A stretch of DNA of 64,000 nt from Candidatus Lustribacter sp. (GTDB taxonomy: Bacteria > Vulcanimicrobiota > Vulcanimicrobiia > Vulcanimicrobiales > Vulcanimicrobiaceae), in assembly GCA_965277805.1 (NCBI GenBank), contig OZ255842.1:3456001-3520000 (forward strand), in the 5' to 3' direction. Below the pieces are notes generated by a model that ran no database searches, was not told where the DNA came from, and saw only the letters and a program-made list of their open reading frames with translations. Both the position numbers and the translations under genes were made by a program. Shown here piece after piece: positions 12,101 through 24,100 of this stretch (its first letter is position 1; each line of letters begins with the position of its first letter).

Positions 12101-15100
12101 GATAACGCCGCTATCGTGTTCGACCGTAACGGTCGAGCTCGTGTTACCGCTGCCGCCGGTGCCGCCGACTGCAACCGACAACGCAACGTTATCGCCGCCG
12201 GCGAGCAGCGATGCGCCGAACGCCATGCCGCCGTTACCGCCGCCGCCGCCGATCGATTGCGCGAAGATGCCGTTGCCTTGCGCGCCGCTGGTAAAGATGT
12301 TGCCGCTATCGCTGACGCTGACGGCGTTGCCGGTTCCGCCGCCCGCGCCGCTGCCGCCGACAGAGATGGAAAGTTGCGCGTTGCCGCCGACTCCGGCCGA
12401 ACCCGCGAACGCAAGTCCGCCGTTACCGCCGCCGCCGCCGAGCGACTGCGCGAAGATGCCGTACGATTGCGTGCCGGTGCCGGTGAGCGCGTTGCCGGTC
12501 GAAATGTCGCCGGCGTTCGTGACGGTGACGGTGCCCGCGTTGCCCGCGTCGCCGCCGCTGCCGCCGAGCGCAACGGTGAGATTCGTTCCGCCGATCGCAC
12601 CGGCGATCGACATGCCGCCGTTACCGCCGCCGCCGCCGATCGATTCCGCATCGACCGCGCTCGCTTTGTCGCCGGTCGTCACGATCGTGCCGGTGTTGTC
12701 GACGAGCACGTTGCCCGCGTTGTTGCCGGTGCCGCCGCTGCCGCCGAGCGAAATGCCGAGTTGTTTGCCGGTCGTCGAAACCGAAACGCCGGCCGAAACC
12801 GACATGCCGCCGTTACCGCCGCCGCCGCCGAGCGATTGCGCGAAGATGCCTTCGGCGTTGTTTGCGGTCGTCGAAATGATGCCGCTGTTCGAAGCGGTGA
12901 CGTCGCCGGCAACGCCGCCGCTGCCGCCGTGTCCGCCGAGTGCGACCGAAAGATCGACGGCGCCGGTGCTCGCGCCGAGATCGACCGCTAATCCGTAACC
13001 GCCGTCGCCGCCGCCGCCGCCGACCGATTGCGCGTACACCGCGGTGCCCGCAACGCCGGTCGTTTGAATTTCGCCGTTGTTCGCAACGGTCACGTTGCCG
13101 GCCGCGCCGCCGCTACCGCCAGTGCCGCCGATCGAAACGCTGACGTTCTTCGCATCGCTGCCGGTCGCAGCGGCGAGCGTTCCCGACAAACCACCGCTGC
13201 CGCCGCCGCCGCCCGCGCTTTGCGCGAACACGCCGTAGCTGTCGGTGCCGCCGGTCGTGATTTGTCCGGTGTTCGAAACGGTGACGTTGCCGGCGTTCGT
13301 GCCCGCACCGCCGCCGCCGCCGATCGCGACGTCGACCGAAGCCGCGTCAGCTGCCGACGGCGAACCGACCGAACCGGAAATCGCCAGACCGCCCGAACCG
13401 CCGCCGCCGCCGATCGATTGCGCCGCAATCGCCGCTGCGAGATCGCCGGTCGTCGTGATGCTGCTCTGATTGGTGACCGCGACGGCCTTGCCGGCGCCGG
13501 CGATGCCGCCGCTGCCGCCCATGCTGAACGCGATGCCGGTACCGTTATCCATCGTGCCCGCAACGCTCAAGCCGCCGTCGCCGCCGCCGCCGCCGATCGA
13601 TTGCGCGAGGATGCCGTCGGCGTGCAGGCCGCCGGTGAGGATCTCGCCGGTCGTCGGCGTCGCGCCGGAATTCAGCACGGTGACGGTGCCGGCGTCGCCG
13701 CCGGTGCCGCCCTTGCCGCCGAATGCGAGGCTCAGCGAACCGGTGCCGCTGAACGTGCCGTCGAGCGCGAAGCCGCCGCTGCCGCCGCCGCCGCCGAGCG
13801 ACTGCGCGAGAATGCCGTCCGACGTATCGCCGGCCGTCTGGATCGAACCGAGCTGCGTCACCGCGACATTGCCCGCGACGCCGCCGCCGCCGCCCGAACC
13901 GCCGAGCGTGAACGCGGTGTTCGCGGCCTTCGAAATGCTGCCCGAGACGGCCATGCCGCCGTCGCCGCCGCCGCCGCCGACCGATTGCGCGAGGATGCCG
14001 TCGGAATGATCGCCGGCGGTCGTGATCTGCGAGGTGCCGGTCACGCTGACGGCCGACGCGTTGCCGGCCGTGCCGCCCGAACCGCCGACGCCGATGTCGG
14101 CCGCGAGGCCGCTGCCCACGGTGCCGGTGATGGCCATGCCGCCGTCGCCGCCGCCGCCGCCGATCGATTGCGCCGCGATGCCGTGCGAATACTCTTGCTG
14201 GGTTGCGATCAGCGCGTTGTTCACGACGGTGACCGTGCCGGCGTTGCCGCCCGCGCCGCCGCTGCCGCCGAGGCTGAAGGCCGCTTGCGTGCCGACGCCG
14301 ATGCCGCCGCTGATCGCCATGCCGGCGTCGCCGCCGCCGCCGCCGACCGACTGCGCGAGGATGCCGTCCGAATGCGTGCCGGTGGTCGACGTGCCGGTCA
14401 GGATCTCGGTGCCGGTCACGTTCTGACCGGTGGTAACGGAAACAGCCGATGCATTTCCGCCCGCACCGCCGGCGCCGCCGAAGGCGAGGCCGATCTGGCC
14501 GCTGCCCGCGCTGATGCCGCCGGTCACGGCCATGCCTCCCGCACCACCGCCGCCGCCGATCGACTGCGCGAAGATGCCGTGCGAATCATTACCGTTGGTC
14601 TGGACGCTCGCGATGTCGTTCACCGCCACCGTGCCGCCCACACCGCCGCCCGCGCCGCTGCCGGCCATCGTCAAGCCCGCGCCGCCGGTGCCCGTCGAAA
14701 TCGTGCCGGCCACGGAGAACCCGCCGTCGCCGCCGCCGCCGCCGATCGATTGCGCCGAGATGCCGTCGGCGTGTTCGCCCGTGGTGACGATGTTGGCGGA
14801 GACCGTCACGCCGACGGCCTCGCCGTTGCTCGCGGTACCGCCGCCGCCGCCGATGGCGAAGCTGCCGGTGACCTTGTTGGAAGCGTTGCCCGAAATGCTG
14901 AGCCCGCCGGAGCCGCCACCGCCGCCGATCGACTGTGCGGCGATGCCCGCCGAGAAATCACCGGTGGTTGCGACCGCGCTCGAATCGGTGACGTTGACCG
15001 TGCCGGCCACACCGCCGCCTGCGCCGCTGCCGCCCATTGAGAAGCCGATCGACGCGCCGCTGCTGATGCCGCCCTGAACGCTCATGCCGCCGTCGCCGCC

Positions 15101-18100
15101 GCCGCCGCCGATCGACTGCGCCAGGATGCCGTCGGAATGGGCGCCCGTCGTCGTGAGGGCCGTCGCGGTGCTCGTGCCGCTGGTGACGTTGACCGCCGCC
15201 GCGCTGCCGCCGCCCGAGCCGTTTCCGCCGAAGGCCAAACCGATGTTGCCGCTGCCGGCCGTGATGCCGCCCGTGATCGCCATGCCGCCCGAACCGCCGC
15301 CGCCGCCGACCGATTCCGCAAAAATGCCGTTCGACTCATCGTCGAGGGTGCTGATGCTGTTGGTGCTGGTGACGCTGACCGCGCCGGCGTTGCCGCCGCC
15401 CGAGCCCGCGCCGCCCAGGCTGATGCCCGCGCCGTTGGCCGCCGTCAGCGCCGCTGCCACCGTGAAGCCGCCGTCGCCGCCGCCGCCGCCGACCGACTGC
15501 GCCTCGATGCCGTCGGAGTGCGCGCCGCCGGTCGAGATCAGGGCGCTGTTCGTCACGGTCACGGCGCCCGCGTTGCCGGCCGTACCGCCCGACCCGCCGA
15601 TGCCCATTGCGCCCGAGGTCTTGAGCGTGGCCGATGCCGCGATGCTGAACGCACCGTCGCCGCCGCCGCCGCCGATCGACTGCGCCATGATACCGGCCGA
15701 GTAATCGCCGAGCGTTCCGATGCCCGAATCGTTGGAGACCGTCACGGTCTTCGAATCGCCGCCCGTTCCACCGGTGCCGCCGATGCCGAGGTCGAGCGTT
15801 GCGCCGGTACCGGCCGAAGCCGCCGCGCCGAAGCCGCCCGCTCCGCCGCCGCCGCCGACCGACTGCGCGAGAATGCCGATGGAATTGAGGCCCGCAGTCG
15901 TGATGGTGGTCGTGCTGGTCGTCGTGCCGCTGTTCACGATCACGTCACCCGCGATGCCGCCGCTGCCGCCCGAGCCGCCGAGCGCGACCCGGAAACTGCT
16001 GCCGTCGCTGATGCCGCCGGCGACCGAGAACCCGCCGTTGCCGCCGCCGCCGCCGATCGACTGCGCTTCGATGCCGTGCGACCCGTCGAGAGCTGTTTGG
16101 ATCGAGGCCGTGTTGCTGACGGTGACGTCGCCCGCGCTGCCGCCGCCGCCGCCCGAACCGCCGAGCGTCAGGCCCGCCGATTGCGCGCCGTTCGAAATCG
16201 TGCCGGCGATAACGAAGCCGCCGTTGCCGCCGCCGCCGCCGATCGACTGCGCCGCGATGCCGACGCTCTGCATACCGGAGGTCGTGATGTTGCCGGAGTT
16301 GGTAACGGTGACGTCGTGGCCGTTGCTGGCCGCGCCGCCCGAGCCGCCGATCGCGACTTGGCCGGTGCGGCTGCCCGAGGCGATCGCCTGAATGGCGAAG
16401 CCGCCGTTACCGCCGCCGCCGCCCAGCGACTGCGCGAGGATGCCGTCGGAAATATCGTTGGTGGTGACGAGCATGCTCGAGTTCGTGACCGTGACGTTGC
16501 CCGAGTCGCCGCCGTTGCCGCCGGAGCCGCCCAAGCTGAAGCCGACCGCATACCCCGGCGTCGCACTGCCGGTGGCGACCAGCCCGCCGTTGCCGCCGCC
16601 GCCGCCGACCGATTGCGCCTCGATGCCGTTCGACGACGCGCCGGTCGTCATGATGAGCGCTCCCGTGCTCGTGACCGTGACGTCATCGGCGCCGCCGGCC
16701 GCGCCGCCGCTACGTCCGAGGCCGAGGCTGAGGGCGCTCGCCGCGCCGCCCGACGTCGTCCCGGCAAACTTGACCGTGATGCCGCCGTCACCGCCGCCGC
16801 CGCCGATCGATTGCGCCAAAATGCCGTTCGAGACGCTGCCCGTCGTGCCGATCGATCCGGTGCTCGTGACCGTGACCGTGCCGGCATTGCCGCCGGAGTC
16901 GGTACTGTTGCCGCCCATCAGGATGCCCATATCCGACTCGACGTCGCCGAGCACGCCGATACCGCCGTAGCCCCCGCCGCCGCCGATCGATTGCGCGAGG
17001 ATGCCGTCGGACTCATCACCGGTCGTCGTGATCTGCGAGAAGCTGCCGACCGTGACGGCCATGCTGTTGCCGCCGGCGCCGCCCGTGCCGAAGCCCATGC
17101 CGGCGCCGATGCCGGTCTTGGTGAGTTTGCCCTCGATGGCCATACCGGCGGCACCGCCGCCGCCGCCGATCGACTGCGCCGCCAGGCCCGCCGACTGATC
17201 GCCGGTCGTCGCGATCGTCGAATAGCTCTCGACGTCAACCGTGCCGCCGTCCTTGCCACCGCCGCCCGTCCCGCCTTCACTGAGGGGCACGACGCGCGTC
17301 GTCGCGAGGCCCGCCGCGACCGACATGCCGCCCGAGCCGCCGCCGCCGCCGATTGCCTGCGCGAGAATGCCGTCCGAGCCTTCGCCACCGGTGGTGATCG
17401 AGACGACACCGCCGGCCTGGCCGCTGTCGAGGATCACGTTGCCGGAATGCGCCCCGACGCCGCCCGCGCCGCCGAGTGAAATATCGGCGCTCGTGCCGTT
17501 GCTGACGCCGCCCGCTGCCGAAAAGCCGCCGTTACCGCCGCCGCCGCCGATCGATTGCGCCAGCAGGCCGACGCTCTGGTCGCCGCCGGTGCTGATCGAC
17601 TGCAAGCTGCTCAAGTCGACGTCGCCCGCGATCGCGCCGCCGCCGCCGCTGCCGCCCAGCGCGAGGGCGGCGCTCGATGCGTTCGAGACCGAACCCGAAA
17701 CCGCGAAACCGCCGTTACCGCCGCCGCCGCCGATCGACTGCGCCGCGATGCCCGCCGAAAACGCGTTGGTCGTTTGGACTTGGGTGTTCGCCGCAACCGT
17801 CACGTCGCCGGCCGCCCCGCCGAGCGCGCCGCTGCCGCCAAGCGTGACCGCGGCGTTGAAACCGCTCGACCCGGACGCGCCGACCGCGAAGCCGCCGTTG
17901 CCGCCGCCCCCGCCGATCGATTGCGCGAGGATCCCGTCGGCTTGCATGCCGCCGGTCACGATCGAATCGGCCACCGTCCCGTACCCGCTGATCACCGTGA
18001 CGTTGCCCGCATCGCTTGCGCCGCCGCCGCTGCCGCCCATCGTGACCGACGCGGCCTTGCCGGTGCTGCCGGCGCCCGCGACGCTGAAGCCGCCGTTGCC

Positions 18101-21100
18101 GCCGCCGCCGCCGATCGACTGCGCGAGGATGCCGTTGCTGAAATCGCCGGTGCCCGTATTGATGCCGGCGCCGGTGTTGGTCACGCTGACGTTGCCGGCC
18201 TTGGCCCCGCCGCCGCCCGAGCCGCCGAAGCTCAGCGCCGCGTCGCTGCCGTTCGCGAGCGTTCCGGCCACCGAGAAACCGCCGTTGCCGCCGCCGCCGC
18301 CGACCGATTGCGCCTCGATGCCGTTCGAGCTCGAACCGTTGGTGATAATCGTCGCGTCGCTCGTCACCGTGACGTCGTTGCCGGTGCTGCCCATGCCGCC
18401 GTTGCCGCCGAGGCTGACCGACGCGCCGGACCCGTTGCTCAGGTCGCCGGCCACGCTGAAGCCGCCGTTGCCGCCACCGCCCCCGAGCGATTGCGCGAGG
18501 ATACCATTGGAACTCGAACCGCCGGTCTGAATCGTCACCGCGGTCAGGCTGGTTACGCTCGCCGTGCCGGCTGCGCCGCCGGTGCCGCCCTTGCCGCCGA
18601 GCGAGATCGCCGCGCTCGTCCCGTTCGAGAGCGTTCCGGCCACGGAGAAACCGCCGTTACCGCCGCCGCCACCCAGCGACTGCGCGGCGATGCCGTCGGA
18701 CTCGTTGCCCATCGTCTGGATGTTGCCGGTGCTCGTGACCGCCACGTTACCCGATGCGCCCGCCGCGCCGCCCGTACCACCGGCGCTGATGCTGGCGGCG
18801 CTGCCGTTGGCGCCGGTTGCCGCGATGCTGAAACCGCCGTTGCCGCCGCCGCCGCCGATCGACTGTGCGAGAATGCCGTCGGACTGATCCAAGCGCGTGC
18901 TGATGTTCCCGACGCTGACGACCGTCACGGCGCCGGCCGTGGTGGAGGTGGCGCTGCCTCCGCTGCCGCCGAGGCTGAACGACGCCGAAGGAGCGTTGCT
19001 CGCGCCGCCGGCGATGCTGAAGCCGCCGTTACCGCCGCCTCCCGCGATCGATTGCGCCTGAATGCCGTCGGATTGGACGCCGCTCGTCGAGATGTCGCCG
19101 TAGTCGGTGACGCTGACCGCGCCCGACGACGCGCCGCCGCCGCCGCTTCCGCCGATGGAAAGGTTGATGCTGTTGCCGGCCGACAAGCCGCCCGCGACGC
19201 TGAAGCCGCCGTTGCCGCCGCCGCCGCCGATCGATTGCGCTTGGATCCCCGCCGCGCTGCTGCCGCCGGTCACGATGTCGACCGAACTCGTGGTCGAGCC
19301 GTTGGTGACGGTCACGGCGTCCGACGTGCCGCCGGCGGCGCCGCTGCCGCCCAGGCTGACGCCGATCGTGCGCCCGCTGCCCGAGATGTCGCCCACGACG
19401 CTGAAGCCGCCGTTGCCGCCGCCGCCGCCGACCGACTGCGCCTGGATGCCGACGGAACCGTTGCCGCCGGTGGTGATCGCCGTATTGCTGGTGACGGTGA
19501 CCATGCCTGCGGTGCCGCCGCTCGCGCCCGAACCGCCCAGCGCGACCGAAACGTTGGTGCCGTTGCCGATGCTGCCGCCGACGGCGAAGCCGCCGTTGCC
19601 GCCGCCGCCACCGATCGATTGCGCCTGGATGCCGGCCGAGCTGTTGCCGCCCGTGACGATCGCAGCGGCGCCGCCGTTGGCGCCTTGGCTTGCGACGGTG
19701 ACGTTCCCGGCCGTACCGCCGGCCGCGGCGCTGCCGCCGAGTGCGACCGACGCCGATGATCCGGTCGTCACGGTGCCGTCGACCGCGAAGCCGCCGTTGC
19801 CGCCGCCGCCGCCGATCGATTGCGCCTGAATGCCCGACGAGTCATCGCCGACCGTCATGATGATGCCGTCGTTGCCGGGCGCGGTGCTGGTCGTGGTGCT
19901 GTTGACGACGACGTTGCCGGCGTCGCCGCCCTGCGCACCGCCGCCGCCGAACGCCAATCCGGCTGCCGACCCGGTCGTCAGCGCGCCGTCGACAGCGAAG
20001 CCGCCGTTACCGCCGCCGCCGCCGATCGACTGCGCGAGAATGCCGGCCGAGTTGCTGTCGCCGGTCCCGATGTTGCCGGTGCTCGTCACCTTGACGAACT
20101 TGCCGTCGTCGCCCAAGCCGCCGTTGCCGGCAAATGCGACCGTGCCGGTCACGCCGGTCGTCAGAGCGCCGGCGACCGCGAAGCCGCCGTTGCCGCCGCC
20201 GCCGCCGATCGACTGCGCCGCGATACCATTCGATTCCACGCCGTCGGTCATGATCGAGCCGACGCTGGTGACCATGACCATACCGGCGTTCGAACCGGCG
20301 CCGCCCGTGCCGCCGAAGCTCGCGCCGAGGGCCGGACCGCCGGCGGCGACCGCGTCGACGCTGAAGCCGCCGTTGCCGCCGCCGCCGCCGATCGATTGGG
20401 CAAGGATGCCGTTCGAACGGTCGCCGTCGGTGATGATGTTGGAGATGACCGCCGAGCTGCCGCTGGTCACGAACACGTTGCCGGCGGTCGCGCCCGAGCC
20501 GCCTTTGCCGCCGAACGCGGCCGAGAGCGAACCGCTGCCGCTGAGCGAGCCCGTAATACTGAAGCCGCCGTTACCGCCGCCGCCGCCCAGCGATTGCGCG
20601 AGGATGCCGTTGGAATCGCTGCCGTCGGTCTCGATGCCGCCCAGGCTGTGCACCGTCACGGTCGAGGCGGTGCCGCCGTTGGAACCCGAACCGCCGAACG
20701 AAACCGACGCGGTGCCGCTGGTCGAGAGGCTGCCGGCGATCGCAAAGCCGCCGTTGCCGCCGCCGCCGCCGATCGATTGCGCCGCGATGCCGTCGGCATG
20801 CGAACCGTCAGTTTGGATCGTACCGGTGCTGGTCACGCTGACCGCCATGGCGTTGCCGCCGCCGCTGCCCGATCCGCCGAAACCCACCGAACCGGTGAGG
20901 CTCGTACCGGCAGAGGCCGCGATCGAGAAACCGCCGTTGCCGCCGCCGCCGCCGATCGATTGCGCTTGGATGCCGTCGGAGAAATCGCCGCTGCCGTCGG
21001 CGCCGGTATGGATGTTGGCCGCGCTGACGACCGTCACGGTGCCGGCGTCGGAACCGGTGCCGGCCTTGCCGCCGAAGCCGACCGCGATCGCCGGACCGCT

Positions 21101-24100
21101 GCCGGCCGATCCGGCCACGCTGAAGCCGCCGTCGCCGCCGCCGCCGCCGATCGACTGCGCTAAGATGCCGTCCGACCGCGAGCCGTCCGTCTGAATGATG
21201 GTGCCCGCCTCGGTAACCGAGACGTTGTTGGCGGCGCCACCGCCGGCGCCCTTACCGCCGAAGCCGAGACTCAACGCGGCGCCCGAACCGATGCTGCCGG
21301 CGATGCTGAAGCCGCCCGAACCGCCGCCGCCGCCGAGCGACTGCGCCTCGATGCCCGACGAGTCATCGCCGGTCGTGCCGATGCTGCCGGTGCTGCTGAC
21401 GGTCACCGTCGAGGCGGTGCCGCCCACCGAGCCGCTGCCGCCGAAGCTGAGGTTTGCGGTCGATCCCGCCGCCAGGCCGCCCGAGATCCCGAAGCCGCCG
21501 TCGCCGCCGCCGCCGCCGATCGACTGCGCCAAGATGCCGACGGAGTGCTCGCCGTCGGTCGTGATCTGTCCGGTACTGGCGACGAACACGGACAGGCCCG
21601 CTCCGCCGTCGCCGCCGCTGCCGCCGAAATTGACGTTGCCGCCCGCCGATAGCGTCGCCGAGGCCGCGACGCTGAAGCCGCCGTCGCCGCCGCTGCCGCC
21701 GATCGACTGGGCCCGAATGCCGTCGGAGTCGTCGTCCTGGCCGCTGCCCGTACCGGTTGCGATCGCGCCGTAGCTCTCCACGCTCACGGCAGCCGCATCC
21801 GAGCCGGCCGCTCCGGCGCCGCCGAAGCTCGCGCCGAGGGAGTAGCCGCCGCTCGCATTGGCCGCAACGCTGAAGCCGCCCGAGCCGCCGCCGCCGCCGA
21901 TGCTCAAGGCCGTGATGCCGTCCGACCGATCGCCCGACGTCGTAATGTTCGAGAGAACCGTATTGAGGTACGTGCCGGGGCCGGTCGATATCGTTCCGTT
22001 ATTGACGGTCACCGCCCCCGAGGTGGCGCCCGTTCCGCCCGCGCCGCCGAAGGACGCGCTCAGGCCGGCGTCGCCGGACGCTGTCCCGGCAATGCTGAAG
22101 CCGCCGCTGCCGCCGCCGCCGCCGACCGACTCCGCGTAGATACCCGATGAGTCATTGCCCAAGGTCGTGATGGAGCCGTAGGTGGCAACGGTGACCGCGC
22201 CGCCTTGCGCGCCGGTCCCGGCACCGCCGCCGAAGGTCAGGCTCGCCGATGCTCCGCCGCTGAGCGCACCCGCGGCGCTGAAGCCGCCGTTGCCGCCGCC
22301 GCCGCCGAGCGACTGCGCGAGGATGCCCGCCGAGTTGTCGCCGGCCGTGCCGATGTTGCCGACGCTGAACACCGAGACGCCCATGGCGACGCCGCCGCCC
22401 GACCCGTGTCCGCCGAAGCTCAGTGAACCGGACGCGTACGTGCTGGCGCTGCCGTCGATGCTGAAGCCGCCGTTACCGCCGCCGCCGCCGATCGACTGCG
22501 CGATGATCCCGCTCGAGGAGTTGTCGTCGGCGATGCCGTTGTCGACCAGCGCCGGAAGCGGGCCGCCCTCGAGCGACGTGGCGTACGGATTGTCGCCGGT
22601 ATAGATGTTGCTGTAGTTGGTGACCGTGACGGTACCGGCATTGCCGCCGGCCGCGCCGGAGCCGCCGAAGCTGCCGCTGATCGCGCCGTTCGCCACCGCG
22701 CCGGCCACGCTGAAGCCGCCGTTGCCGCCGCCGCCGCCGATCGATTGGGCGACGATGCCGGACGAACGCGAGCCGTCGGTCATGATCGTTCCCTCGAACG
22801 CCGTGCTGCCGTTGCCCGCGACGACGTTGCCGGCCGACGATCCCGTGCCGCCTGCACCGCCAAATGAAAGCGCTGCCGACGCGCCGGTGCTGAGGCCGCC
22901 GGCCACGCTGAACCCACCGTTTCCACCGGCGCCGCCGATGGATTGTGCAAGGATCGCGTCCGAATCGTCGCCGTAAGTGCCCATGTTGCCGACGTTGGTA
23001 GCGGTCACCGCCATGCCCTTACCGCCCGATGCGCCGCTGCCGCCCAGCGAGAGGCCGGCGCCGGCGTCGATGGTCAGGTTGCCGGCGATGCTGTAGCCGC
23101 CGTTGCCGCCGCCGCCGCCGATCGATTGCGCCTCGATGCCGTTGGCCTGCTCGCCCGCCGTGAAGATCGAACCGACGTTGGTGACGGTGACGATGCCGGC
23201 GTCGTCGCCGGAGCCGCCCTTACCGCCGATCGAGCCGGCAGCGCCGACCCCGAACGACGCGGATCCGGCGATGCTGAAGCCGCCCGAGCCGCCGCCGCCG
23301 CCGAGCGACTGCGCTTGAATGCCGTTGGAACTGTCGCCGTTGCCGGTGAACTTGCCGGTGGCCGGGTCGATGCCGGTCATGATGTTCGTGAAGCTCGTGA
23401 CCGTCACGTTGCCGGCGGTCGATCCGGTGCCGCCGCCGCCGCCGAGGGACGCGGCCAGCGACGCTTCACCCGAGCCGGCCGCGCCCACGCTGAAGCCGCC
23501 GTCGCCGCCGCCGCCGCCGATCGACTGCGCGAGGATACCGTCGGACCGCTGGCCCTCGGTGGCGATCATCGCTTCGCTGCCCGCGGTGCCGCTCGAAACG
23601 GTCACGGCACTACTAAATGAACCAGGACCGCCGGTGCCGCCGAACGAGGCGGCGAGTGCCGCACCCGCGCTCACCGCTGCCGAAATGCTGAAGCCGCCCT
23701 GACCGCCGCCGCCGCCGATCGATTGGGCGAGGATGCCGGCCGAGTCGTCGCCGGTCGTGATCACCGAGCCGGTGCTGCTAACGGTCACCGAGCTCGCCTG
23801 ATTACCCGTGCCGCCGGCGCCGGCGAAACTCAGGCTGCCGCCCGCCGCGGCCGCCAGCGAGCCGGCGACGGAGAATCCGCCGTTGCCGCCGCCGCCGCCG
23901 ATCGACTGGGCAGCGATGCCGTTGGCGCCCTCGCCGTTGGTCTTGACGGTGCCGTTGCTGTTCACCGTGACGTCGAGGCCCTTACCGCCGCCGCCGCCCG
24001 AACCGCCGAATCCGACTGCCGCGCCGGCCGTGGCCGAAAGATCGGCACCAACCGCGAAGCCGCCGTTGCCGCCGCCGCCGCCGATCGATTGCGCTAAAAT

